A stretch of 64,000 nucleotides of DNA from Camelus ferus (taxonomy: Eukaryota), in NCBI RefSeq assembly GCF_009834535.1, contig NC_045696.1, forward strand, positions 12,898,001-12,962,000, given 5' to 3'. The notes below the pieces were generated by a model that saw only the letters and a program-made list of their open reading frames with translations, searched no databases and was not told where the DNA came from. Positions within the stretch are counted from its first letter, which is position 1. Each line of letters opens with the position of its first letter. A program made the translations under genes and the position numbers. This document shows positions 52,756 to 64,000 of the stretch, in pieces.

Positions 52756-52769
52756 TTTATTTGGTTTGC

Positions 52770-52955
52770 TTGCATATTTTCATTTAATTCTTATAGTAAT
52801 CCTGTGAATTAAGCAGTATCTACAGTTTATAGAGAAACATAACGAGGCTTGTGAGGGTTAGCAATTTGCCCAAAGTCACACAGCTAATAAGTGCAGAGCC
52901 AGGAATTTGATATATGGCTTTCTGAATCCAAAGTTGTTCTCTTTCCACTCTATCA
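52770..52955 (-). mobile_element. MIR
   Basis: gcaatttgcccaaagtcacacagctaataagtgcagagccaggaatttga..tctgaatccaaag. Confidence 0.75.
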
Positions 52956-53949
52956 CCAAGCTTGGGATTTAGAAAGAGAGAGTAAGAGAGCCACAAATAC
53001 TTTTAAATGTGGTTATTCCTCCAGTGTAGATAAATTGCCCTTCAGAGTGTAAAGGATTTCTGGATGTGTTGTTAGAGACATTAGAGAATTGGAGAAACGA
53101 AAGAAGCCTAGCAATGTGCAAATGTTTAAAAAAATAGATTTGAGATGTTTAGAACCTTTTATTAAAAGATGATTGATGAAATCTTGGAACTGATATATGT
53201 TGACTAAAATAGGTAAAAATAAACTTCGTTTTCTTTTATGATAGATATGCTATTTTATGATCACCATAAAATAGTAGAAAAAGTATATGCTTATTGGCTC
53301 TGGGATCCCCAGTTATCAGCATTGGACCAAAATCCACATAGGAATAGACAAAGTAAGAAACAGCTTCAAGTCAAAACTAACTTTGATAACCAATAAGGAC
53401 AACACTGTCTAGAAGAATTATCAGACCTCATCCAAGTCCATCCAAGTTCATTTTCCCATGACCCAGGCAGCTGTCCTCCATGTCTATAAGCATTGCATCT
53501 ACCACATCTTATAAGATCTATATTGTGTGCTCCTTTCATACATCCCGAATTATTTCACAATATTCCTAAGGGTGTGAAAAAGCATATTTCCTAGAAACAT
53601 GGACATTTTCTAAAGAGAGAAAAATTTCTGCATTCTCGATCATTTACACTTGATTTGATGTTGTGCCCCACTCTTTGAGCCCTGTGGTTTCTTTATGGAC
53701 GCTTTCTACTGGTGTTTTTGTGATTGGTTCCTCCTTTGGCTTTCTTATCAATTAGCTATCTGTACAGTTCTTTTTCTTCTTCTCGTAGAAGTAATTACAA
53801 ACAGCACAAATAAACACTTGTCAATCTTTATTATTGTATTGCATTGGGTTAAGCTTGTCTAGATAAACTTATGAACTAGATGGAGACATGTGGGATGGCT
53901 AATGCTACAAACAGATGATTCTTCAGGAAGTTGGACCATCATATGGAAG

Positions 53950-54860
53950 GAAATAAATCAAGGGAGTTCAACCTGGCAGGGAATTTCTCCAGACATGCCA
54001 CAGTCCTTTGTTCTTGGACTTTTCCTGTAAAAAATTTTATCAGTGGCTTGGGCATAAACATAAAAGCCGTGTTTATAAAATTTACAAATCTCTAATTTGT
54101 GAAGCTGGGGGTAAAATATGAGAGGTTCGAAATGATCTCACCAGGCTGGACAACAGGCTATAAAATGACATGAAATGTGTTAGTCCCTATTGCCAGCTTC
54201 AAAAGGTTAATTTTACAATGATCCACAGAAACATTTTTGACAGAAGTTTTTGAGAAAGCAAAAAATAAAACATAGACAAATCAGTCAACTGTGAATTTTC
54301 TGTGAGACCAAAATACCACACGACTTCCAAAAACTTAACACAAGCTTATAGTGCAGATATTGCCCAGATGATCTAAACGCCATGTTTTATACTGCTTTAT
54401 ATTCCCACTGTCTTGCACATAATAAGTTCTTAGTTATTGTTTGTTGAATAACAACTATAATGGCCAAGACGTATCTGGAATATTGCATTAAACTTTGACT
54501 GTCACATTTTAAAGATCAGTTGCTAAGCTGGTGTGCACACAAATAATGATGGCCCAACTGGGAGGGTCTGAAAACGATGTACTAGCAGGTAGAATGGAAG
54601 AATTAGGAATGTGCAGAAGAGAAGATTAATGGGAGACAGGCTCATTATTTTGGTCCAGACTTGTTTTATCTTGTCTCAAGGAGAGAATTTGTTGATATTA
54701 TAGGGAGGCAGCTTTAAACTCAATATTAAGAAGAACTTTCTATAATTAATGGAGGCAAAGATGTGGACTATTGAATGACCACTTGTGAAGGATGTTGCAG
54801 AGGGAACTGATAGATAGTGTGTGGTGATTTAGCCCAAATGGCCTTTCCAACTCAAAGAAT
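53950..54860 (+). mobile_element. CR1/L3 LINE remnant
   Basis: aaatgatctcaccaggctgga..., ctggaatattgcatt...cacattttaaaga, gagaagattaatgggagac, actcaatattaagaagaactttcta and cctttccaactc are L3 3' motifs. Confidence 0.62.
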
Positions 54861-55613
54861 TGACATTAAGTAATAAGATTTAGCCTAATTCTTTGAAAAA
54901 TGGTCATAAATGTGCAGGATATGTGCATTTTTCTATTAACAACAATACTTCACTAAAAGACCTTTTGTTTTCACTGATTTAGGCAAGCAACAGGATCTTT
55001 ACTTCTTTCTTATTAGACTACAGTTTCATTTTTTCAATTAAGGATCATTAGATATTTATGTTACTAATATCCATTTCTTGTCAAAACGTAACCATCTCTC
55101 TGCTGGTTTTTTGAGCCCTTAAATATTTTTTCTGAATTTAAAAAGTGATTTTACAGCAGTTTTTCATATTCAGATCATTGTGATTATTTGCAAGGCCAGT
55201 AATATGTTTCTGTTTCTATGTACTTTACATTTTTTTGCATATATAAGTGAATATTGACAATTAAATTTTTTAAAATGCTTGTTTTTATTACTTAATGACC
55301 CAAGCAGTTCAATGATAAAAAGTGGAGTCCAACCAATTGCCTGCCATCACAATAATTTAATGTAACACATTTCAATTTGCTAACAACACAAATCAGCAAT
55401 TTGCTATTTAGTATATTTACCACCATATCTTTAACATTGTTTTACCCTTGATCCCTGGGATACTGTTTTCTGGCTTCTTCCCCAGCTATCCCTCCCTCAT
55501 TCTTATCTTAATTGTGGCCCTACTTGGTCAGACCTTGTCATTCTCTTGTCTCTTCATAATTTTCTCCTTCGAGGTCTTATCTACTTCCACTCCTTATGTG
55601 GAGGAGCCCCATT

Positions 55614-56330
55614 ATAATTTTTTTTAATTGAAATATAGTTTATTTACATATATATATGTAAAGAATATATATATATTCTTTTTTCTGGTTCTTTTCCATT
55701 ATAGGTTATTGAAAGATATTGAATATTGTTCCCTGTACTATACAGTAAATCTTTGTTATTTATCTTTTTTTTAAAATATAGTGGTATGTATCTGTTAATC
55801 TCAATCTCCTAATTTGTCTCTCCCCCCTTTTCTCCTTTGATACCCATAAGTTTGTTTTCTGTGTCTGTGAGTCTGTTTCTGTTTTGTACATAGATTCATT
55901 TGTATTATTTTCTAAATTCTACACATAAGTCACATCATACAATATTTGTCTCTCTCTGTCTGGCTCACTTCACTCAGTATGATAATCTCTAGGTCCAACC
56001 ATGCTGCTGCAGATGGCAATACTTTATTATTTTTTATGGTTGAGTAATATTCCATTGTGTACATATATCACATCTTCTTTATCCATTCATCTGTGAATGG
56101 ACACTTAGGTTGCTTCTGTGTCTTGACTACTGTAAATAGTGCTGCTATGAATATTGGGGTGCATGTATCTTTTTGAATTAGAGTTTTCATTTTCAGATAT
56201 CTGCCCAGGAGTGGAATCATATGGTAGCTCTATTTTTTATATTTTTAAGGATTCTCTCTACTGTTTTCCTTAGTGACTGCACTAAATTGCATTCCCACCA
56301 ACAGTGTGGGAAGTTTCCTTTTTCTCCACA
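55614..56330 (-). mobile_element. Cetartiodactyl-type L1, 5'-truncated
   Basis: Antisense L1 3'UTR/ORF2 end; perfect 15-bp TSD tggaggagccccatt at 55599-55613 and 56331-56345. Confidence 0.92.
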
Positions 56331-56529
56331 TGGAGGAGCCCCATTTTCCCCCTCCCAGTTCTTTGCTTGGGAGCCCTATTGAAGTTAACAGATCTAACAT
56401 CCAACTCATTTGCTTTTTCTTCAAAACTAAACTTTGGATCTTCTCTGTTTCTGCCATGATACAACCCCTCTCTCAGCAATCAAAGCTCAGAATTGATCCC
56501 AGTCTCTTTTCTCCCTGCTTGGGGAGGTA

Positions 56530-56690
56530 GCATCCTGCAATGGTTAGGAGAACAACTTCTGACCCTGGCTCTCTAGGTTCAAACCCGAGCCCTTCCCTTT
56601 CCAGTTGCACAGCTTGAACAAGTTGTTTAGCCTTCTAATGCTTCATTTTTCACAACTGTAAAATGGGGTTGATAGTAACCTAATCAGATC
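56530..56690 (+). mobile_element. MIR
   Basis: ctaggttcaaacccgagccct...cttgaacaagttgtttagccttctaatgcttcatttttcacaactgtaaaatgggg. Confidence 0.72.
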
Positions 56691-56903
56691 AAGTGTTAAG
56701 GACTTATAGCCTCAAATTCCAGGCAGACCGTGTCATAATTTCAGTTATTCAGACATGGTTCTGGTGAACTGTGCATTTTCGCAAAACATAAAGTGTGAGA
56801 GAAAGATTATGTTTAGTTTTTAAGTGACTCTCCAGTGGTGAGTTTTTTCTTTATGGATGTCCACATTGGGGTATGAAGGTCAACTGTGGAAGACTTGATA
56901 TAC

Positions 56904-57289
56904 TGTACCAGTTTGCGAGGGCTGCCCTAACAAAGTGCAAAGACTACGCAGCTTAAACCACAGACACTTATTTCCTCACAGTTATAGAGACTAGAAGGCT
57001 GAGATTAAGGTGTTGGCTGTATGCGTGTCTCCTAAGGCCCTTCTCCTTGGCTTGTAGACGGCCGTCTTCTTCCTGTGTCTCCACATGGTCTTTCCTCTGT
57101 GTGGTCTGCATCCTAATCGCCTCTTCTTATAAGGACATCAGTATTGAATGAGGACCTACCCTATCAATCTCATTTTACCCTAATCACCTCTTTACAGGCA
57201 TTTTCTCCAAGAACAGCCACATTCTGAGGGACTAGGGGTTAGGGCTCCCGCATGAGGATTTGGGGGAGAACAAAACTCAACTCACAGCA
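56904..57289 (-). mobile_element. MLT1A/B-type MaLR solo LTR
   Basis: tgtaccagtttgcgagggctgccctaacaaagt...cttggcttgtagacggccgtcttcttcctgtgtctccacatggtctttcctctgtg...ctcaactcacagca. Confidence 0.85.
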
Positions 57290-58966
57290 TATACCCTATC
57301 TGAGGTCTTAACTAATGTAGGACTAGTTTGGAGGTTATTTCTTAGCGCCCAGGCAATTAAGATATTTTTGATTGTCTTTTTATTATTTACTTATAATTTT
57401 ATTAATTAGGATCAAATATATAATGTAGCCTATAAAAATCTATACTTCAGTGTTTGTTAAAGATTTTTTTTTTCTGAAGCAGGACACATATATTTTGCTA
57501 TTTACCATGAGGTAATCTAAAATAACCTGGGGAGTCTAGGTGGTTTTTAAGCAGTTACTTTTCTGGTTTTCATCACGACTTCTTGAATGCACGGAAATGA
57601 AACTCAAACTTGCCAGTTTGTCTTTCTGATGCCAGCTTTGCTTGCTCTTCTTGGGGAGGGTGATTTTGAAACTAGGAAAGGTTTCTGGATTATGTGGGAG
57701 CCATGCTGACTCTGGGACCCCCATCATGCCTTGTGATCAAGAGTTGGCTATAAAGTTACTACTCTGGACAAAGACTGAATTTCCATTCTAACGTCCATCC
57801 TAACACCAGTATTGCTCTGATATGTGGTGCATTATTGTGTGAAGCTTAAAATCAGTCCATTTAATATTTTCCCTTTTGTAGATGGGTTTTAGTTCTTTTA
57901 AGAAACAGGTTCATGGCGTAGGGTGGCAACCTGAGGTGAGGGGACCGGGGGAGTAGAAAGAGTCACAGGGAATTTGCTTCTAAAATGACTGTGCTCTCAA
58001 GTACCCTCCTGTGTCTGCTTTGGCTTGCTTTGCAGAGGAAAAGCCCAAGTTACATGGTGTCACAATGCCTATCTAGTTTCTCATTCTCTCTTAATTTTCA
58101 CGTAGGTTTTGGTTCCTATTAAATAGCCTGGTGATAGAATCACTTTCAGAAGGATTCAGATGCTTCAGTGATTCTTTGAAACCCTTTAACTCACACCATT
58201 GTTTGAGTTCTGTCACAGCTCACTAAGCCCCGACAGCTATTCTGAGGTTATGGTTATTGTGTGGTTTATGCAAAGAGAAACTCTGGTCACGGTCAGTCCA
58301 AGGGAGCAAAATCATGCACCATGAGAGGCCATCAGAAGTGACTAAATGGACCCAACAGAATACCAGAGGAGCATTTCCTCCTGTGAACTTCATCATTTGG
58401 TGACATCTAAACGCGTGCAAGTGATAAAGGAAGGAACATCTCCCACTGGATCCTGAAACTGATTGTAGAAGGAAGTCAGGTTGCTCTTCTGAGAGCTGAA
58501 GATGTCTTTTTAGGATTGCATGTGTTACGTTTTTGCTGAATGGGTATTTAGAATCTGATTTGGGAGGAAATGAAAGAATGGCAACTGGCAAGGATGAGGG
58601 AAGTCTACAGAAATTTGCGCTTTCGTGTGTTTCTAAGATCTTTATGTCAATCCAGTGTTTTTTAAAACAGCACTCTTGTCTCCCTACAAACATTTCAAAT
58701 GAGTCCTTTGCTCTGTTTCTCATATGAAAACCTAACTTAACAGCACCCACCACAGCCAAGTCCTTTGTTTTCATTATTTGTCAGTAACTGTTTTTGTAAA
58801 GCACTTCCCTCATCTTCCTTCCTCTTCTGGCCCCTTTCCACTCCGCCCACCTGCCTTCCCTATCCCCAGTCCCAAATGGACAGTGATGGATTTTACTTAC
58901 ACTTTACGGAATTCTCATTAGGGAAGCTCCTCACCCCTGGCAATGTAATTGACTTCCAGAATTCTT

Positions 58967-59316
58967 TTTTTTTTTTTTTTTGGTATTTATAAATGTATTT
59001 TTATTGAAGTATAGTCAGTTTACAATGTTATGTCAATTTCTAGTGTACAGAACACTACTTCAGTCTCACATGAACATACATATATTAATTTTCATATTCT
59101 TCTTCACCGTAAGTTACTGCAAGATACTGAATATAGTTCCCTGTGCTATACAGTATGAACTTGTTTATTTTATAAATATTAATTAGTATCTGTAAATCTT
59201 GAACTTCCGGTTTATCCCTTCCCACCCCTATTCCTCCCTGGTAACCATAAGTTTATTTTCTATGTCTGTGATATCACTTATACGTAGAATCTTAAAAAAA
59301 AAAAAAAAGACAAACG
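58967..59316 (-). mobile_element. Camelid L1 insertion with 5' inversion (twin priming)
   Basis: Minus-strand 3' end (58967-59270) joined to a plus-strand L1 piece (59271-59316). TSD gacttScagaattctt at 58951-58966 and 59317-59332. Confidence 0.9.
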
Positions 59317-60911
59317 GACTTGCAGAATTCTTAAATATGAAGTTTAAATAGTTTGGAGATCACACGGTTTGATTTCCCCCCCCCCCCCATGCAGATAATA
59401 TCTGTACAACAGAGTCTTATACCCTTCTTCTTTTAGGAAATTTAGGTCATTATCTTGGGCTGATCACTTGTCAATGGCAACAAGGTTCATAGCCTTTCCT
59501 GTTGTAGTCACACCTTCCATCTGCTGACCTGGATGGGACACAAGGGGTTCCTGCAAAGCCCTTGTATTTGTGGTAGCACAGGCCAGTGTGGGGACTAAAG
59601 GGCTCTCACCAGAAGATGGGAAGTTTGGCCGTCAGGCCTGCCTCTGTCATGCTCTCACTGGCTGTGGCCTTGGGTGGGTCATTTCTCCTCTTCCATAAAA
59701 GTAGGAGACTGGCCTGATGGAGGGAACTGGCTCTAATGTCCTGGCCAGCTCTAGCTGCTCCATGATAGGACATCCTGGAAAATCCTTGTTTTCCTTGTGA
59801 TGAGCTTTGCCTTCCATGAGTTTCTTCTGCTCATCTTTTCCCAGACTTTTAAGTCCCAGAGGGTGAGTCACCCCCTTCCTGTTGATATAGCCAAAAAGTG
59901 AATTGTCTTTGCTATTAATCATCTGGAGAATAACTCACTCTGGAAACAGTAGACACCATCTCTGGTTGCACCACAGCTCATGGCTGGCTGTTCTCACAAG
60001 GCCTGGCCCTCCTTCCCACCCTTCACTGAGCTGGGCCTGCCAAGGATTGGGGCGTAGCCCCTGCAGTCTGCTGGAGGTCTGCTTCCCAGCCCTGTCTGTC
60101 CTTCCTGGATTAGGCAGCAGCATTCTAGGAACAAATCCCCTCTGCCTAGTCCTGCTTTTCTTCCATCCAACTCATTTTCTGAGCTTCACAGTTCTCCCCT
60201 CCTTGCTGATCCTGGCAAGACAGAGTTTGTCAGGTCCTGTAAGTTCCTGTGGCCTGTCCAGGTGGTTAGGACTTTGGTTGCTCTTGGCTTCTTCTCTAGG
60301 TATCTTTAAGTGCTTTTAAATGATTTGAAAAACATGCTCACATTGAGTTTTAAAGTATCTGCAGTTGCACCCAAGGCGACTGGCTTAGCACTAGAGTTGT
60401 CAAATGGCCCACAAACAAACAAATTCAAAGGAAGGGGTGGGGCCATAAAGGCAGTTGCAGAACTGGGAGCCCAAAGAAGCAGTTTCTGTTTAGGGCTCTC
60501 TCATAGCCTTGCCTGTGTTCATTCTCTGGACTTCAGGAATGGAGGACAAATTAACTGGCTGTGGAGTCCAAGAAATGGGTCCTAGTGGGGCAACTATAAA
60601 CATATGATGTGTCCCTTCCTTCAAGTCTGATCTATTTCATGACCACTCCCAGAATTGTGGAATAGTTAATTATGACTTGCCAGGATAACTATGGCTTATG
60701 TCATAGCAACCCAGCTCTTCTAGGATGGTACAATTATTCTTTCATCCCTGGTATTTCTGACTGCAGATGACATAGGGCTTGAACCAATCCTATCTAATCT
60801 CCTTTGGTTTATCTTTAGAATGAAATCCGAGCCCCTTAAGGGATGGGATGCCTGCCCTTCCAGGTGGGATGCTGATCTCAGTGAAGTTGTGTTACTGCTT
60901 TGTGGTATCAG

Positions 60912-62018
60912 ATATATTAGTCAGTTTTGCTGCAGTAACACACAGTCCTCAAATCCCAGGGGCTCATACTAACACATTTTCATTTCCGTTTGCATTACAT
61001 GGTGGTGTTTGTGCATCAGTTGCTACAAATCTGTTCCAAGGATCTCCTCTTTCCAGGAACCAGCAAAAGAGCAGTGCTTCATTGGGACATGCTATTTTTG
61101 TGGCAGAAAGAAAAACAGAATTGGCTGAAAAATGTGATTCTTCAGAGTGTTTGCTTGGAACCAGCACACTGTCACCTCTGCTTACATGTCATTGGAATAC
61201 AGGAAAAATGAATGTGTGACTAAAGGAGGGCCATGTCCCAGGTCTCAGTTGAGTCCCTGAGATGTGCCCCACCAAGTGTGGGTCCTTGGCTTCATGCAGG
61301 AAAGAATTCAAGAACGAGTCACATTTGAGTAAAGATCAATTTGTTTAGAGAGATACTTGCTACATACAGTGTCAGCTGTTTCAGAAGGCAAGAAAAAGTC
61401 CACAAGGTGTGGAGGTCGGATGCTTAGGTTAAAGTTGAAGTAGGTACACACTCCACAGACAGAGTGAGGGCCGTCTCTGAAGAGGAGGGAATGAGAGGCA
61501 GCAAAGTGCAGGGTTGTTAGTTTTTATGGGCTCAGTAGCTTCATATGCTGACAAGTGGGAGGATTATGCCAGCTACTTTTTGAGGAAAGGGCTGGGATTC
61601 CCAGGAATCGGGCCACCGCCCACTCTTCGACTCTTTGTGATTAGCCTCGGGACTGTCATGGCGCCTGTGGGCACGTTATTATCATGCTAGTACATTACAG
61701 TGCATATATAATGAAGCTCAAGTTCCACTAGAAATCAAATCTTCTGCCATCTTGTGCCTCAAGGCCTACCGGGGGTTGAATCTTCCACTGTTTTGGTGTT
61801 AACTGCTGTGTCTTTCCTTGAATGGCTGTGCCCTGCCCTCTTCCTTCCTGTCTCAGTTGGCTCAGACATGTCACATGGCCAAACCTGGTAACATGACAGA
61901 GAAGTTATACTCCTTCTGTAGAGAGGCACTCTGAGTCACCTGGAAATGGGCTGGGATGTGTAATCACCTTACAGGGAGGAGAGCCAAGATGGGGAACAAT
62001 ACCATAATTCACCACAAC
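60912..62018 (-). mobile_element. Old MLT1J-like MaLR LTR split by a younger ERV LTR
   Basis: tattagtcagttttgctgcagtaaca...cacctctgcttacatgtcattgg || gttggctcagacatgtcacatggccaaacct. Confidence 0.68.
61196..61855 (-). mobile_element. Younger ERV1-like solo LTR (probably camelid/artiodactyl lineage)
   Basis: The minus strand starts TGAGACAGGAAGGAAGAGGG; GC/CpG-richer than its flanks; TATA-like cataaaaa (-) near 61521-61528; flanking attgg/gttgg as likely TSD. Confidence 0.72.
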
Positions 62019-64000
62019 AGGCTGACATGTAAGTTCATGAGAAAGGCGAGGCTCTGTACAGAAGCCTCTGATCCGTAAAGTTATCTTTCCTATCCTCGAG
62101 GGCTGTCATAGAAAGGAGAGAGAAGGAGATCTCTTTGGTTTTCAAATTTGGGAAGGCCAACACCAGCATTCCTTTTAGGAGATGAAGTCTGACTCTAGCT
62201 CCCTTGCGGTTCCCTGATTCCTGCCTTAGATCGTGTCTTCTGGACTGTAGGCTGCTTCCATTTGTTGGACTTCATTTTTTGATTTCATTTGGTGACTTTG
62301 GTGTTGATAAAAGTCCACTTTGCCCTTCTTTTGGCTGACTCTGGAATAGTGCTGTCGCAGCTGCAAAATCACTGTGGTTTGGAGCCAGGCCAGAAGATGG
62401 AGGAATCAGCATAAACAGAGACCCGGGCACCAAGACAAGTTGAAGAAGTAGAAGATGGAAGAAAAGTGAGATGTAAGACTAAATGCATCTATTTGTATAA
62501 TTTCAATTAATTATTTGATTGGTTGAATGATTAATTTAGTAAGAACACTTAGTGGGTCTATTTCCTTGATTTCAGAGGGATTATAGAAAGTAACATTTTC
62601 ACTCACTTTCCAGAGGTGGATTTTTTTTTTTTTTGCTGTTTTATCAAGGCATCTCTTTTACGGAACATATAGTTTAGATGGTGAAACTATTTTTCTTGAC
62701 TTTTAGACTTTCTTGAAAGTCTAGAGGAGGATGGGTATTGTTACCTGTGGCCATAAAGAATTCTTATTGAAAAACTTTAAATAGGAGAAAAATCTGATTT
62801 CAGTGTAGAATAAGCAGAGAATGTCCCTCTCTTGCAAAAATTAAAATGATTTCCAGTATACGCAAACTATCTTTGCTGATCAAGGAAAATAAACCCTCCT
62901 GTAATTGTTTCTTCTTACTGTAACATATAATGTCAGTAAAATATTTTACCGTATCTGCATGCAAATTGGCATCCAAACTAGTGGTCTTTTATTCAGAAAC
63001 GGAATTGCATGGGGACATCTCCTTAAACCCTTCCCTTTCATCATCCAGGATTACATGTGTCAGTTTCTTAGTCTGATCCCCTCTTGGATCTTGGGGCTTG
63101 AAAGAGATTGCTTGGACCCCCAGCCATTGTCTATTCGCCTCCCCTCCCCGGCTCCACGTTTCGTGCAATGCCTGGCATTTGCGTTGAATGGAATGCGTAA
63201 TTAAACACGTGGTTGAACAAAGCACACGATCTAGTTCCAGAAAGGAATAGAACATCTAATGCAGACCAGTTAGTAGAGGGGAATGACTGCCCAGGTCTCC
63301 CGGCTTCTTTCCTTGGTGTCTCTGCCTTTGGTGCTCAAATACCTCCTGGAGCTGCAGCTACCGTGCTAGGACTCCCTGCATTTTCCACTCTCAGATCCAA
63401 GCAATGACACCCTCACCTTTTCTTACTCCACGTTGGCACTTTTGGGTAGAACCCAATCTCTTCAAAAAGAATGTGATTAAAATACCAAGGGAAAAATATG
63501 AAAAGAAAGGAAAAACAATATTCATACCCATCCATACAAAAGATGAAAAACCGTAGCTGCCACTTAATAGATGTTTTCTTGTGTGCCGGATTCTGTGCAA
63601 AGGCTTCTCCAGACATGAAGAGAGGGACTGTTCTCTCTGCTCTGGAGATGCGGAACTCAGGGCCAGAGAGAGTTATTACTTGCCCAGCACCCCACCATTG
63701 GCCAGTGGTGAAACTCAGATGAGAACAATGATTATTTGATTCCACAGCTCATGCTTTGAAAAGAAGATACTGCTAAGCAAAAAAAAAATGACTCTAGCTT
63801 ATGCACCAAAGAGATTGATTTAGCATAAAAATGCTCTTTCTTAAGATTCAGCCACTGGTTGGGTTGGCATTTTTACAGTCTAGCTGCCTGGGTTTTCTGC
63901 CCACACCTCTAGCAGCAGCCCTTGTACCACTTACACACTGATTTGTGGCAAAATGAGCACATCTCTTCTTCTTCATAGTTTTTTTTTCTGGGGCGCCCCC

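Noticed and set aside
58223..58774. 183-aa minus-strand ORF, the longest in the track
   Set aside because: No recognisable domain, random-like composition and no supporting exon structure.
15000..64000. BACH1 exons or CpG-island promoter
   Set aside because: No BTB or bZIP coding sequence and no CpG island seen; the gene presumably lies beyond the window.
1..64000. CRISPR arrays, operons or other prokaryotic-type systems
   Set aside because: The sequence is mammalian. Recurrent motifs are dispersed SINE/LINE copies and microsatellites, not repeat-spacer arrays.

Overview
This is AT-rich, CpG-poor, repeat-dense mammalian genomic DNA, almost certainly from a camelid (alpaca/llama/camel), judged by nine copies of a tRNA-Ala-derived Vic-1-like SINE and lineage-type L1 3' ends. 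The only protein-coding content I can support is the last two coding exons of MAP3K7CL (TAK1-like/C21orf7) on the + strand: 4551-4666 and 13649-13829. They are joined by a phase-2 GT-AG intron and followed by a 3'UTR of about 1 kb. The remaining ~49 kb is non-coding sequence downstream of the gene; in human synteny this is the interval toward BACH1, but no BACH1 exon is visible here. It is filled with L1, L2, CR1/L3, MIR, MaLR/ERVL/ERV1 solo LTRs and hAT/Tigger DNA-transposon fossils. Almost all ORFs in the supplied track are chance ORFs or L1 ORF2 debris. I found no convincing novel biological system. The most notable patterns are two independent 5'-inverted (twin-primed) L1 insertions using the same internal A-rich site, a multi-layer nested insertion, a near-intact tRNA-Ala-like SINE with Pol III boxes, a MER53 hairpin resembling miR-1302, and a minus-strand bias of young retroelements. 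Repeat family names come from my recall of consensus sequences, not a RepeatMasker run, so subfamily labels and old-element boundaries are approximate.
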